A stretch of DNA of 64,000 nucleotides from Eubacteriales bacterium (GTDB taxonomy: Bacteria; Bacillota; Clostridia; Oscillospirales; CAG-272), in NCBI GenBank assembly GCA_045587665.1, contig JAZNCT010000065.1, forward strand, positions 95-64,094, given 5' to 3'. A model generated the notes under the pieces. It saw only the letters and a program-made list of their open reading frames with translations, had not been told where the DNA came from and made no database searches. Within the stretch, counting starts at the first letter, position 1. Each line of letters begins with the position of its first letter. Below are positions 8,869 through 19,280 of the stretch, piece after piece. Made by a program: the position numbers and the translations under genes.

Positions 8869-10605
8869 ATGAAAGATTTGGTGATTTTTATGAAAAAAAG
8901 CACTTTTGCAAAACTTTATACAAAAGAAGGAAAAGAGCTTACTGCCTCTGCCCTTCCGCACAATATATATCCAAGACCGCAAATGGTAAGAGATTCATTT
9001 TTTTGCCTCAACGGTGTTTGGGATTTTGGACACGGAAAAAACGAATGTTACGGAAAAGAGATAACAGTTCCCTTTCCTCCTCAGTCCTTGCTTTCGGGAA
9101 TTGGATATGACATAGACCAAAAAGAAACACTTTTTTACCGACGCCGTTTTTCTTTGCCTGCAGAGTTTTCTTGTGATGACAGCAGAATAATACTGCATAT
9201 CGGTGCGGCAGATCAGTGCACAAAGGTATATCTAAACGGCAGCCTGTTGGGAGAGCATAAGGGAGGCTATGACCCATTTTCTTTTGACATCACAGACTCT
9301 TTGGAAAAGGAAAACGAGCTGAAACTCCACATAAAGGACGAGCTTGATAAAAAGATCCTTCCATACGGAAAACAGCGAAAAAAGAGAGGGGGAATGTGGT
9401 ACACCCCATTTTCGGGCATATGGCAGACGGTATGGATAGAAGCCGTGCCGAAAGATCATATCAAAGAAATCTCAATTGATTGCAACACAAGCAATGCGAA
9501 AATAACTGTTTCGGTTTGCGGCAATGACGAGGGAGCGGTGCTGATATTCGAAGAAAAAGAATATCCCTTCGTAAACAAAAGCGTTACGATCAGTCCAAAA
9601 AACAAAAGGCTCTGGTCCCCTGAGGATCCGTATCTGTATTCTTTTAAAATACGTCTTGGCAAGGATGAAATAAGCTCATATTTTGCCCTGAGAAGCATAT
9701 ATGCCGATGTCTGTAACGGCATACCTCGCCTAATGCTCAACGGACGACCTTATTTTTTACACGCTGTATTGGATCAGGGCTATTTCAGTGACGGTCTTTC
9801 AACTCCCGCAGATCCGATCTGCTTCGAAAATGACATAATGCTTATGAAAAGCATGGGCGTCAACACACTCAGAAAGCATATAAAAGCTGAGCCTGAGCAG
9901 TTTTATTATGACTGTGACCGTCTTGGCATGATAGTGATGCAGGATATGATAAACAATGGCTCATATTCATTTATAAGAGACACCGCCCTGCCAACTATAG
10001 GCATGAAAAGAATGAACGACACTTTTCTTCACAGAAGCAGTGCGGCAAGAAAGGCTTTCATAGACTGTTCTCTTGAAATAATAAACCGCCTTAAAAATCA
10101 CCCCTCGGTTTGCTATTTCACAATATTCAACGAGGGCTGGGGACAGTTTTGCGGCAAAGCAATATATAAAATGATCAAAAATCTTGTGCCAAATCACATT
10201 GTTGATACGGCATCAGGCTGGTTTGAATGTAAAGAAAGCGATGTTGTAAGCCCCCATGTTTATTTTAAACCCTTCAAATTCAAAAAGGCGGAAAAGCCCG
10301 TTGTCCTCTCAGAATTTGGAGGCTATTCGCTGTCTGTGCCGGGTCATTCGTTCAACAAGGAAAAAACTTACGGATATAAGATATTTCATTCATCTGAGAA
10401 GCTCGAAAAGGCACTGTCAGAGCTTTATGAAAACGAAATAATTCCTGCAGTGAGCAAAGGTCTCTGCGGTGCAGTTCTCACTCAGCTTTCGGATGTAGAG
10501 GACGAGACAAACGGCCTTGTAACATACGACAGAGCGGTAAATAAGATTTCACAAAAGGCTATGAAGCACCTTTCTAAAAAAATATACAACGAACTTGAAT
10601 TTTGA
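8869..10605 (+). CDS. glycoside hydrolase family 2 protein
   Basis: 578 aa. N-terminal sugar-binding-like region (YPRPQMVRDSFFCLNGVWDF) and TIM-barrel region (NTLRKHIK, FNEGWG). The real start may be ATG 8890. Confidence 0.7.
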   Translation: MKDLVIFMKKSTFAKLYTKEGKELTASALPHNIYPRPQMVRDSFFCLNGVWDFGHGKNECYGKEITVPFPPQSLLSGIGYDIDQKETLFYRRRFSLPAEFSCDDSRIILHIGAADQCTKVYLNGSLLGEHKGGYDPFSFDITDSLEKENELKLHIKDELDKKILPYGKQRKKRGGMWYTPFSGIWQTVWIEAVPKDHIKEISIDCNTSNAKITVSVCGNDEGAVLIFEEKEYPFVNKSVTISPKNKRLWSPEDPYLYSFKIRLGKDEISSYFALRSIYADVCNGIPRLMLNGRPYFLHAVLDQGYFSDGLSTPADPICFENDIMLMKSMGVNTLRKHIKAEPEQFYYDCDRLGMIVMQDMINNGSYSFIRDTALPTIGMKRMNDTFLHRSSAARKAFIDCSLEIINRLKNHPSVCYFTIFNEGWGQFCGKAIYKMIKNLVPNHIVDTASGWFECKESDVVSPHVYFKPFKFKKAEKPVVLSEFGGYSLSVPGHSFNKEKTYGYKIFHSSEKLEKALSELYENEIIPAVSKGLCGAVLTQLSDVEDETNGLVTYDRAVNKISQKAMKHLSKKIYNELEF

Positions 10606-10633
10606 GATATTCTTCTATTATAGCCATAAAAGA

Positions 10634-10669
10634 ACAGCCTTTCGGTTAGAGCCGAAAGGCTGTGTTTTA
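10634..10669. terminator. hairpin terminator shared by GH2 gene and the fragment ORF
   Basis: Stem acagcctttcgg/ccgaaaggctgt, then gtttta. Confidence 0.6.
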
Positions 10670-10855
10670 TACCAGCGTGATCTCTCTTGCGCATCTTGGT
10701 TCAACGGCAAGCTTTATTTTGCGCTCGTGATCCCGATTATCGGCCCTAGTCAGATGAGTGTCGCTGAAATGTATCAGCCTCAGTGGCTTCGGGAGTCCTA
10801 TATCAATTTTTGTAAACAGCTTTTCCATAATAAGATCTGATCTTAAAAAATCCAT
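10667..10855 (-). pseudogene. N-terminal fragment of a metallophosphoesterase (62 codons)
   Basis: Contains calcineurin-like motif I, LRLIHFSDTHL, but stops after 62 aa, far short of a phosphoesterase domain. Confidence 0.45.
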
Positions 10856-10932
10856 TTTAGCCTTGTTTTATCACACATTCATCAAAGAATCTACCGCAAA
10901 ATCAAAAGTTTGCTGAAAATTTTGTTAAAATC

Positions 10933-10961
10933 TTGCAAATTGCGAATAAATGTGTTATCAT
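10933..10961 (+). promoter_or_regulatory. promoter of trpS
   Basis: TTGCAA, 17 nt, TATCAT, about 45 nt upstream of the ATG. Confidence 0.55.
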
Positions 10962-11005
10962 ATAAGGGATTATAAATATGAGTATATAACAAAGAGGTAA
11001 TAAAA

Positions 11006-12001
11006 ATGCTAAAGGATAAAAAAGTCTCATTTTCCGGAGTTCAGCCAAGCGGTAATCTCACAATAGGCAACTTCCTGGGTGCGCTCCGCAATTTTTCTAA
11101 ATACAGCGATGAATATCAAACATTTTACTGCGTTGTCGATATGCATGCGATAACGGTACGTCAAGTTCCCGCAGAGCTTCGCCGCAGAACATATGAGACC
11201 CTTGCCCTTTATATCGCTTGCGGTCTTGACCCGGAAAAGAACTGCCTCTATGTGCAGTCGCACGTTCCGGCACACGCAGAGCTATCCTGGATACTCAACT
11301 GCTATACTATGTTCGGAGAGCTTGGCAGAATGACTCAGTTTAAAGACAAAAGCGCAAAGCATCACGACAATATCAACGCAGGTCTTTTTACATATCCCAC
11401 ACTTATGGCAGCAGATATATTGCTTTATCAAACAGACGTTGTTCCCGTTGGCGTTGACCAAAAGCAGCACGTTGAGCTTGCAAGAAATATTGCTAACCGC
11501 TTTAATCAGGTATATTCCGATACCTTTACTGTTCCGGAGCCTATTATAGAAAAGAGCGGAATGAAGATAATGTCTCTTGCCGAGCCCACAAAAAAGATGA
11601 GCAAGTCTGACGAAAACACAAATGCTGTGGTTTATATTCTTGACGACAAGGACACAATAATTCGCAAATTCAAACGGGCTGTAACCGACTCTGACACCGA
11701 AGTGCGCTACGCTGAGGGCAAGGATGGCATAAACAATCTTATGTCTATCTATTCCTGCTTTACAGGCAAGAGCATGGCAGAGATAGAAGCCGAATTTTGC
11801 GGTAAGGGATATGGCGACTTTAAGCTTGCTGTGGGCGAGGCTTGCGCTGATGCGCTTTCTCCCGTTCAGACAAAGTTCAAAGAGCTTCTCCAGGACAAGG
11901 CTTATCTCGAAAACGTTATGAAAAACGGCGCTGACTGCGCATCTTATTTTGCTTCAAAGACACTTTCAAAGGTTAAGCGCAAGGTTGGATTTGTTATTTA
12001 A
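11006..12001 (+). CDS. trpS: tryptophan--tRNA ligase
   Basis: Class I signatures: a HIGH-region equivalent (GNLTIGNFLGAL) and KMSKS (KKMSKSD). 331 aa. Confidence 0.95.
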   Translation: MLKDKKVSFSGVQPSGNLTIGNFLGALRNFSKYSDEYQTFYCVVDMHAITVRQVPAELRRRTYETLALYIACGLDPEKNCLYVQSHVPAHAELSWILNCYTMFGELGRMTQFKDKSAKHHDNINAGLFTYPTLMAADILLYQTDVVPVGVDQKQHVELARNIANRFNQVYSDTFTVPEPIIEKSGMKIMSLAEPTKKMSKSDENTNAVVYILDDKDTIIRKFKRAVTDSDTEVRYAEGKDGINNLMSIYSCFTGKSMAEIEAEFCGKGYGDFKLAVGEACADALSPVQTKFKELLQDKAYLENVMKNGADCASYFASKTLSKVKRKVGFVI

Positions 12002-12016
12002 GAAAGGATTCTCAAA

Positions 12017-13177
12017 ATGCACGCTTCGCTTATAAAGGTGATAATAGGTATTGCGGCTGTGATCTGCGCCGCTCTTCTTGCCTATGTTTGCACGCCCCTT
12101 GTCAGGGTCTTAGCTTTTAAGATCGGTGCTGTAGATGTTCCCAAGGATCATAGACGTATGCACAGCGTACCTATTCCGAGAATAGGGGGCCTTGCAATTT
12201 TTATCGGTTTTGCCCTCACACTTCTCGCCTTTTGTCCCCCCAGCCGCTTTAATGCTGTTGCTCTTTTCGGCGGTCTTATCATCGTTGCAATGGGAGTCCT
12301 TGACGACATTTTCGCTCTCAATGCCTGGATCAAGCTTGCCGCGCAGGTGCTTGTTGCTTTTATTGCTGTGGCAGAAGATATCACCATTGACTTTCTCACC
12401 TTTGGTGACAAAATGGTGTCGCTTGGCGCCTGGGAGATACCAATAACGGTGCTTTGGATAGTTGGACTCACCAATTCCATAAATCTTATAGACGGTCTTG
12501 ACGGTCTTGCCTGCGGCGTATCCGCCATATGCTCCATGTCTCTTTTTGTGGTTATGATAATCTTAGGCGATTTCAGATCCGCTCTTATTATCGCCATTCT
12601 TACAGGTGCCTGCATAGGATTTTTCCCATTCAACGCCCACCCTGCAAAGATCTTTATGGGAGATACGGGCGCACAGACACTTGGATATCTGCTTTCTATC
12701 ATATCCATTCAAGGCGTGTTTAAAACTCACACGGTCTTCTCATTTCTCATTCCGCTTTCAATATTTGGCCTGCCGATCTTCGACACCTTTTTCGCTGTTT
12801 TCAGAAGACTGATCCACGGAAAAAGTCCATTCAGCTCGGACAGAGGTCATATACATCACCGTCTTATCGACATGGGCTTCGGGCAAAGAAAAAGCGTCAG
12901 TATCCTTTATTCGATATGCGGTATTCTCGGCATTGCCGCTGTGCTCCTGACCCTTAAATATTATATACCTGCGATCCTTATCTTTGTTTCCGGTGTTGCA
13001 CTTTTCATCACAAGCTCCTATGTTTATAAAAGTCCGGAAACAAGAGCCTATACAGCAATGTTTACAGACGAAGATGCTATCGAAAGCGGCATTAGGATCG
13101 CAAGCGACGAAGAACTTTCAAACCGCGTTGTAAATCTTGCAATAACGCCCGAAACAGAAAAAGAGGAAAAACAATAA
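12017..13177 (+). CDS. MraY/WecA-family glycosyltransferase (GT4, polyprenyl-phosphate sugar-1-P transferase)
   Basis: Polytopic membrane protein with NSINLIDGLDGLA, FMGDTG and HHRL motifs. Confidence 0.85.
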   Translation: MHASLIKVIIGIAAVICAALLAYVCTPLVRVLAFKIGAVDVPKDHRRMHSVPIPRIGGLAIFIGFALTLLAFCPPSRFNAVALFGGLIIVAMGVLDDIFALNAWIKLAAQVLVAFIAVAEDITIDFLTFGDKMVSLGAWEIPITVLWIVGLTNSINLIDGLDGLACGVSAICSMSLFVVMIILGDFRSALIIAILTGACIGFFPFNAHPAKIFMGDTGAQTLGYLLSIISIQGVFKTHTVFSFLIPLSIFGLPIFDTFFAVFRRLIHGKSPFSSDRGHIHHRLIDMGFGQRKSVSILYSICGILGIAAVLLTLKYYIPAILIFVSGVALFITSSYVYKSPETRAYTAMFTDEDAIESGIRIASDEELSNRVVNLAITPETEKEEKQ

Positions 13178-13205
13178 TAATTATATTTTATGGCGGAGGT
13201 GCTTT

Positions 13206-14042
13206 ATGCCAAAGAACAAAACAAATAGTGTTCAGAGCGATGCAGGCTCTGCCATAAAGGCTATTCTTCTTATCAGTGCAGTTGTTATAGCTGTGCTGAT
13301 GATAGTTGGAGGAATATATCTTGCCGGGCTATACGGTTCCCGTGGCGACGGTTCCAAAGAAGGCGTGGAAAACGATAAACATTTTTCCGCCTTTATAGAT
13401 AAAAACGGCGATAACTATGCCGAGCTTTCTGATATGGTGATCTCGCAAGATGAATTTGAAGAGCTGGTTTTGCTGTATGAGGGCCGCTCATCCTATTATC
13501 ATGAATGCACAGTTAAGCTCTCGGGGCAGGGAGGCGAGGCTGTGGAAAGAAACAAGCGAATAATAAAAAACGGTGAAAAATTCAACGTCAGAACATACAG
13601 AAAAAACACCTTGCTCGAAACTATCAAGTGCGACGGTGAAAGAATAATGATCATAAACGAGACTACAGGCGAAAGCTATGTCATTCCTGCAAAAGGACAG
13701 TCGCTTTATTCACTTGCCGGCGTCCCGGATCACGATGAGATAAAAGGATATATAGAAGAATATCTTAAGTCAGATAGCGAAGACACCTCGGTTTTATCCG
13801 AGTGTGCCTATCTGCTTGAACGAACAAGAGACGAAAATATTCTTACGCTTAATTTAACATACAGGGAAACCGGTATTTTAGAAAAATATCAGTATTACCT
13901 TGATTCCGGTATAATATATCGCTGTGAATCCACCTATGAAGCCTCGGGGAAAAAGATCACCCCATATCAGATGACCACCACATATTTTAAAGATGACCCT
14001 TCTGATATGATAAGCGAAGATTCGTTTTTGATAGACGACTGA
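13206..14042 (+). CDS. hypothetical membrane-anchored protein
   Basis: 278 aa with one N-terminal hydrophobic helix (AILLISAVVIAVLMIVGGIYLAGL). RBS GGAGG. No motif recognised. Confidence 0.5.
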   Translation: MPKNKTNSVQSDAGSAIKAILLISAVVIAVLMIVGGIYLAGLYGSRGDGSKEGVENDKHFSAFIDKNGDNYAELSDMVISQDEFEELVLLYEGRSSYYHECTVKLSGQGGEAVERNKRIIKNGEKFNVRTYRKNTLLETIKCDGERIMIINETTGESYVIPAKGQSLYSLAGVPDHDEIKGYIEEYLKSDSEDTSVLSECAYLLERTRDENILTLNLTYRETGILEKYQYYLDSGIIYRCESTYEASGKKITPYQMTTTYFKDDPSDMISEDSFLIDD

Positions 14043-14130
14043 AAAGACTGATTTCAAATTAAGACATTTTAAAAGCAAACAGATCCGCCTAAAATAGGCG
14101 GATCTGTTTGCTTTATTTATTATAATCTCT

Positions 14131-15648
14131 TTATACGGTTTCGCAGAAACGTACAAAGGCGGCTTGGCCTTCCTTCGTGCGCTTGTAAACTCCCGCATCT
14201 TCAAGCACCTTTACAAATGTTTTGCCTATCTCGGCCCTGAGAATCTCCATAACATTGCTGTCAGTAAATTCATAGTCCATTTCAAAGGCTTTAAACCAAT
14301 CCTCGTGCTTTGCAGTGCGCTCATCGGACGCCAAGTCTGCCTTTTCAAGGATCATAGAAGCGACCAGCTCCATTTCCCCCTTAAGCCTTGCAGGCAGAAC
14401 CGCAAGACCCATTACCTCAATAAGACCGATGTTCTCCTTTTTGATATTGTGAAGCTCTGAGTGTGGATGATATACCCCCATGGGGTGCTCTTTTGTGGTA
14501 ATATTATTGCGCAATACCAGGTCAAGCTCAAAGTCTCTACCCCGGCGGCGTGCAATAGGTGTTATTGTGTTGTGAGGCTCTCCCTCAGTTTCAGCAAAAA
14601 CAAAGGCACTTTCATCAGTATAGCCCCTCCATGTGCAAAGGATCTTGTCAGCCAGCTCAACCAGCTGCTCTTTTTCTGATGACCTGAGACGAATTACCGA
14701 CATAGGCCACTTAACTATTCCCGCACTCACATTCTCAAAGCCTGCAAAAGAAAGCTCTTTTTCGATCGGGGCTTTCTCCATTGCAAACGTGTACCTTCCT
14801 CCCTGCATATGATCGTGGCTGAGAATCGAACCGCCAACTATAGGCAGATCAGCATTTGAACCAATAAAATAATGCGGCAGATACTCTACAAAATCCAGAA
14901 GCTTTGCAAAGCTTGAGCGATTGATCGCCATAGGTGTGTGCTCTTTGCTCAGCGCAATGCAATGCTCGTTGTAATATACATAGGGTGAATACTGAAGGAA
15001 CCAGTCACAGCCATCGATCTTCAGAGGAATCAGCCTTATATTCTGTCTTGCAGGATGATCAAGACGACCTGCATAGCCTTCATTCTCACGGCACAGCAGA
15101 CATTTGGGATATCCGGACTGAGGCAGAAGCTTTGCAGCGGCTATTGCATTTGGATCCTTTTCGGGTTTAGATAAATTTATTGAAATATCTATATCTCCAT
15201 ACTCTGATGGAACAGACCAGCGCAGATCCTTTTTAACTCTGGCCTCTCTTATATAATTGCTCCTGCGGCTGAGGGCATAAAAATAGTCTGTTGCCTTTTC
15301 GGGGCTGTCAAGATAAAGAGCATCAAATGTCTTGCACACTTCGCTTGGACGCGGCATTATGGCACCCATCAGCTTTGTGTCAAACAGATCCCTGTAAACA
15401 ACACTGTTCTCTTCGATCAAGCCCTTTTCGTAAGCATAATCGCAAATCGAATTCAGTATAGAATCAAGCTCATCCTCCTGTGGTGACAGCACCTCGGGTA
15501 TTTCACTGTCATCCGCCTCGCTGTAGTCGTCAATTGAAAGCACCTCAAGCAACCTGTTTGTGGCATAGGGAATGTCACTGCTCTCGATAAGCCCATTTGC
15601 CTTAGCATAATTTATCAGTCTCTTGATTTGAATATCTATTGTTTTCAT
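14131..15648 (-). CDS. galT: UDP-glucose--hexose-1-phosphate uridylyltransferase (GalT, type 2)
   Basis: 505 aa, typical length and layout of the Gram-positive GalT family. Histidine motif SHDHMQGG. Confidence 0.8.
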   Translation of the reverse strand: MKTIDIQIKRLINYAKANGLIESSDIPYATNRLLEVLSIDDYSEADDSEIPEVLSPQEDELDSILNSICDYAYEKGLIEENSVVYRDLFDTKLMGAIMPRPSEVCKTFDALYLDSPEKATDYFYALSRRSNYIREARVKKDLRWSVPSEYGDIDISINLSKPEKDPNAIAAAKLLPQSGYPKCLLCRENEGYAGRLDHPARQNIRLIPLKIDGCDWFLQYSPYVYYNEHCIALSKEHTPMAINRSSFAKLLDFVEYLPHYFIGSNADLPIVGGSILSHDHMQGGRYTFAMEKAPIEKELSFAGFENVSAGIVKWPMSVIRLRSSEKEQLVELADKILCTWRGYTDESAFVFAETEGEPHNTITPIARRRGRDFELDLVLRNNITTKEHPMGVYHPHSELHNIKKENIGLIEVMGLAVLPARLKGEMELVASMILEKADLASDERTAKHEDWFKAFEMDYEFTDSNVMEILRAEIGKTFVKVLEDAGVYKRTKEGQAAFVRFCETV

Positions 15649-15793
15649 TATAATTCTCCATGTTTATTTCTAGTTATTATACCACCATAAGCAAAAAAGT
15701 AAATATAAAAACAAAAAACATTTTAACTGCACTCATCGTATAAACAATAATTTATTGGGATGTGGGGCGCTGCCACGCAACAAAAAACAAAAA

Positions 15794-15815
15794 AGAGTGC
15801 CCTGCAAAGCACTCT
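15794..15815. terminator. bidirectional terminator between galT upstream region and recX
   Basis: Stem agagtgc/gcactct, flanked by an A-run and a T-run. Confidence 0.6.
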
Positions 15816-15822
15816 CTTTCTT

Positions 15823-16455
15823 TTATGTATCAAAATGCGCAAAAGCATATTTGATATCACTCATAGAATATCCATAACGGCAAAGAGAAGCAATAAGCTT
15901 TTGCCTCTCTTTAATGTCGCCGGGCAAATCATCACAGCAGCTATACAGCTTCTCAAGACAGCGGGGTGCAAAATCTATTTCCGAAAGCATTTCCTCAGCC
16001 TCAAAAATTGCTTCATCCTCATATCCCCTTTGATGCAAATGAGCTATAATTCTGCTTTTTCCCCAAAGCTTACGCAAACACCTTTCAAGTTCTCTGACAA
16101 TATCCTCGTTTTCATTCAGATACCCCTTTGTGCGCAGAAGCTCAATAGCCGCCCCGGCAGCTGAGCTATCAAAACCCCTCCTGCGAAGCTTTAATTCAAG
16201 CGTGCGCGCTGTATTGGACCCAAAAGAAAGTATGTTCAGCCCCCTGATATAGGCATCGCATATGCGTGAGGCTTCTTCTATTTCCTCATATGTCTGCCTT
16301 GATATCTCTCCTCTTTTCAGCCTAAGCCCGGCATATTGAGAGGAGAGGAGCTTAAATCGGTTACGCTCGGAGTTTTCCCCCTGCTCCACCAAAATGTCCA
16401 CACACACAACGTCGCCCTCATTTGCCATAGAAAGGCGCACAATTTTTATTGTCAT
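15823..16455 (-). CDS. recX: recombination regulator RecX
   Basis: 210 aa, immediately downstream of recA. Repeated helical RecX-type segments (LRRRGF, LRTKGYL, LHQRGY). Confidence 0.8.
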   Translation of the reverse strand: MTIKIVRLSMANEGDVVCVDILVEQGENSERNRFKLLSSQYAGLRLKRGEISRQTYEEIEEASRICDAYIRGLNILSFGSNTARTLELKLRRRGFDSSAAGAAIELLRTKGYLNENEDIVRELERCLRKLWGKSRIIAHLHQRGYEDEAIFEAEEMLSEIDFAPRCLEKLYSCCDDLPGDIKERQKLIASLCRYGYSMSDIKYAFAHFDT

Positions 16456-16463
16456 TTTGCTTT

Positions 16464-17594
16464 TTATTCCTCATCAAGCTTAAGATCACTGAAATCAAGA
16501 TCAAGATCTGTTCCGCCATCTTCATCAAGCTCAAAGCTCTCCTCAATAAGAGCCCCTGTCTGGTCCTTCATATCACGTATCTTAGCCTCGATCTCATCAC
16601 AGATAGGCGGGTTTTCATCAAGGAATTTTCTCACATTTTCCTTGCCCTGACCGATTCTCTCGCCTTCATAGGAGAACCAAGAACCGCTCTTTTTGATTAT
16701 ATCAAGGGCAACGGCAAAATCAATTATCTCGCTGGTTTTCGAAATTCCCTTGCCATAAAGAATATCAAATTCTGCCACACGGAAGGGAGGTGCAACCTTG
16801 TTTTTGACGATCTTGCATTTAACGTGGTTTCCATAGACCTCACTGCCGTTTTTCAGCTGATCGGCTTTTCTCACATCTATGCGCACAGAGGCATAGAATT
16901 TAAGCGCACGACCTCCGGTTGTGGTCTCAGGATTTCCGTACATAACTCCCACTTTTTCACGGAGCTGATTTATAAAGATAACAACGCAGTTGCTCTTTGC
17001 AATAACAGAAGAAAGCTTTCTCATAGCCTGAGACATAAGTCTTGCCTGAACGCCAACACTTGAGGCACCCATATCTCCCTCTATTTCCTGGCGTGGAACA
17101 AGAGCGGCAACAGAGTCGATAACAACAACATCAATAGCACCGGAGCGAACAAGTGTTTCGGTTATATCAAGTGCGTCCTCGCCGCAGTCCGGCTGAGAAA
17201 CCAACAGATTGTCTATATCAACGCCAAGAGCCTTGGCATAAACAGGGTCAAGTGCGTGCTCAGCATCAATAAACGCCGCCTCGCCGCCCGTCTTCTGAAC
17301 CTCTGCGACGATGTGGAGAGCAACGGTAGTCTTACCCGAAGATTCAGGACCAAAGATCTCTATTATCCTTCCTCTCGGAACACCTCCTATACCAAGAGCC
17401 ATATCAAGCGAAAGCGAACCGGTGGAAACTGCCTGCACTTCCATATTGGTATTTTCGCCCAGCTTCATTATAGTTCCTTCGCCATAATTCTTTTTCAGCT
17501 GCGCAAGAGCGGTGCTCAGTGCCTTTTGGCGAGCGTCTTTATCATTTACATCAATCTTTTCAAATGTCTTCTTAGCGTTTTTAGTCTGCTTCAT
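16464..17594 (-). CDS. recA: recombinase RecA
   Basis: GPESSGKTT Walker [10 protein letters not shown] and VVIDSVAAL motifs, with an acidic C-terminal tail. Confidence 0.97.
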   Translation of the reverse strand: MKQTKNAKKTFEKIDVNDKDARQKALSTALAQLKKNYGEGTIMKLGENTNMEVQAVSTGSLSLDMALGIGGVPRGRIIEIFGPESSGKTTVALHIVAEVQKTGGEAAFIDAEHALDPVYAKALGVDIDNLLVSQPDCGEDALDITETLVRSGAIDVVVIDSVAALVPRQEIEGDMGASSVGVQARLMSQAMRKLSSVIAKSNCVVIFINQLREKVGVMYGNPETTTGGRALKFYASVRIDVRKADQLKNGSEVYGNHVKCKIVKNKVAPPFRVAEFDILYGKGISKTSEIIDFAVALDIIKKSGSWFSYEGERIGQGKENVRKFLDENPPICDEIEAKIRDMKDQTGALIEESFELDEDGGTDLDLDFSDLKLDEE

Positions 17595-17641
17595 TTATTT
17601 CTCCCCTCTTTCGGAAAAACCGATTTACTCATTATGATGAT

Positions 17642-17670
17642 ATTTTACCACGGGTTATCCCCTTTGTCAA
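17642..17670 (-). promoter_or_regulatory. promoter of recA
   Basis: Minus strand reads TTGACA, 17 nt, TAAAAT. Confidence 0.55.
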
Positions 17671-17860
17671 TAGATTTTTCAAAAAATCTTTCCAAAAACG
17701 GAATTTTTATTATCAGACAGGGTAATCCAATAACTTTAAAATCTCTAAACAGGAATTTTAGACAAGCTTTTTTCGGCATGAACAAAAAAAACCGCTGTTG
17801 ACTTTGATTCATTTTTATGTTATCATAATTAAAAACAAAACCGTTAAGGAGGGCGTACAC

Positions 17861-18757
17861 TTGTCAAACACTTGCAGACTGTGTCCGAGAGAATGTAATG
17901 TTGACAGAACAAATCACCTTGGATATTGCAGATCACCAAAGGATATCCTTTTGGCAAGAGCCGCACTTCACCGTTTTGAAGAGCCTGTGATCAGCGGCAC
18001 GGGCGGCTCGGGAACAATATTTTTCTGCGGCTGCAATCTTGGCTGTGTTTACTGTCAAAACTCTGCAATAAGCCGCGGCGATCTCAGAAATACTGCCGCA
18101 AGAGCGGTGAGCAAGGATGATCTGGCCAAGATAATGCTCCGAATTAAAAATGAGGGCGCACATAATATAAATCTCGTCACACCGACACATTATTCGGATG
18201 CCATAGCAGAAGTGCTTATAAATATAAAAGATAAACTGGGCATACCCGTGATATATAATTGCGGAGGCTACGAAAGCGTCGAAAGCCTGCGCCGCCTCAA
18301 AGGCCTTATTGATATTTACATGCCGGATTTTAAATATTTTTCTCCTGAGCTTTCGGCAAAGTATTCAGCTGCCCCCGATTATTGTCTCCGTGCAGTAGAT
18401 GCTATCACAGAGATGTATGATCAGGTGGGGGACGCTGAAACAGATGATAAAGGCATTATGAAAAAAGGACTGCTTATACGGCATCTGGTGCTTCCCGGTG
18501 GAAGGAAGGACTCTGTGGAAATTCTCAAAATAATTTCTCAAACGCTGCCCATAGACAAAATATTTATCAGCATAATGAGGCAGTACACTCCCGATTTTAC
18601 CCCCGACGAATTTAAAGAGCTAAAAAGAAGGCTCACAAGCTTTGAATATGATTTTGTACTGAGCGAAGCCGAAAAAATGGGATTTTACGGTTTTTCTCAG
18701 GATAAAGAATCTGCAACACAAGTTTATACGCCGAATTTTTCTTTAAAAACTTTTTGA
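17861..18757 (+). CDS. radical SAM protein (PflA-like activase family)
   Basis: CxxxCxxC cluster motif CNLGCVYCQN. TTG start at 17861 lies 8 nt after AAGGAGG. The track start at 17798 lacks an RBS and overlaps the promoter TTGACT, 17 nt, TATCAT. Confidence 0.75.
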   Translation: MSNTCRLCPRECNVDRTNHLGYCRSPKDILLARAALHRFEEPVISGTGGSGTIFFCGCNLGCVYCQNSAISRGDLRNTAARAVSKDDLAKIMLRIKNEGAHNINLVTPTHYSDAIAEVLINIKDKLGIPVIYNCGGYESVESLRRLKGLIDIYMPDFKYFSPELSAKYSAAPDYCLRAVDAITEMYDQVGDAETDDKGIMKKGLLIRHLVLPGGRKDSVEILKIISQTLPIDKIFISIMRQYTPDFTPDEFKELKRRLTSFEYDFVLSEAEKMGFYGFSQDKESATQVYTPNFSLKTF

Positions 18758-18854
18758 TTTTTTGAATAAAATCAGACTCATATAGCAAAACTATTTCCGA
18801 AGATGATTTATCTTGAAAACAAAACCTATAAATTTTCGGAAAGGATTTAGGGAT

Positions 18855-19073
18855 ATGATGATTGACAGAATATGCCTGTTGCTGACGATAATAGGCGCAC
18901 TTAACTGGGGTAGCATCGGACTTTTTAAATTTGACCTTGTTGCATGGATCTTTGGCGGTCAAGGCTCACTTTGGGCAAGAATAGTTTATACCGTTATTGC
19001 ACTGGCGGGCATTTGGTGCATTTCCCTGCTTTTCAGAAGCAGAGAAGAGATCGAAGGTCGCTCTGATATGTAA
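18855..19073 (+). CDS. DUF378-family small membrane protein
   Basis: LLTIIGALNWGSIGLFKFDLVAWIFGG matches the DUF378 signature as recalled. Confidence 0.7.
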   Translation: MMIDRICLLLTIIGALNWGSIGLFKFDLVAWIFGGQGSLWARIVYTVIALAGIWCISLLFRSREEIEGRSDM

Positions 19074-19088
19074 ATTTTGATCTTCCGG

Positions 19089-19132
19089 AAAATCCGTTCG
19101 ACCGTCATTTGGGGCGGCTGAACGGATTTTTT
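19089..19132 (+). terminator. intrinsic terminator
   Basis: Stem aaaatccgttc/gaacggatttt followed by tt. Confidence 0.65.
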
Positions 19133-19163
19133 GAAATTTTTTTAAGTTTTTTCAAAAAAGGTA

Positions 19164-19192
19164 TTGCATTTTGCGAAATAATGTGATATAAT
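19164..19192 (+). promoter_or_regulatory. promoter of tRNA-Glu
   Basis: TTGCAT, 17 nt, TATAAT, 13 nt upstream of the tRNA 5' end. Confidence 0.65.
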
Positions 19193-19205
19193 ACTATGCG
19201 TTAAC

Positions 19206-19280
19206 GGCCCGTTGGTCAAGCGGTTAAGACACTAGCCTCTCACGCTGGGAACATGGGTTCGATTCCCGTACGGGTCACCA
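19206..19280 (+). tRNA. tRNA-Glu (anticodon CTC), CCA encoded
   Basis: GGCCCGTTGGTCAAGCGGTTAAGACACTAGCCTCTCACGCTGGGAACATGGGTTCGATTCCCGTACGGGTCACCA forms a cloverleaf with anticodon loop CTCTCAC. Confidence 0.92.

Noticed and set aside
10856-11005. T-box leader upstream of trpS (and likewise upstream of aspS at 21840-21989)
   Set aside because: The leaders after the predicted promoters are about 40 to 45 nt. That is too short for a T-box, and there is no T-box sequence or terminator/antiterminator pair.
12148-12708. 186-aa minus-strand ORF
   Set aside because: It is antisense to the MraY-like glycosyltransferase gene, so it is a shadow ORF.
16449-17063. 204-aa plus-strand ORF
   Set aside because: It is antisense to recA and recX. 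It is low-complexity, has no RBS, and overlaps a certain gene.
17595-17860. LexA (Cheo-type GAAC-N4-GTTC) box at the recA promoter
   Set aside because: No match was found by eye around the TTGACA/TAAAAT promoter. I cannot exclude a divergent box.
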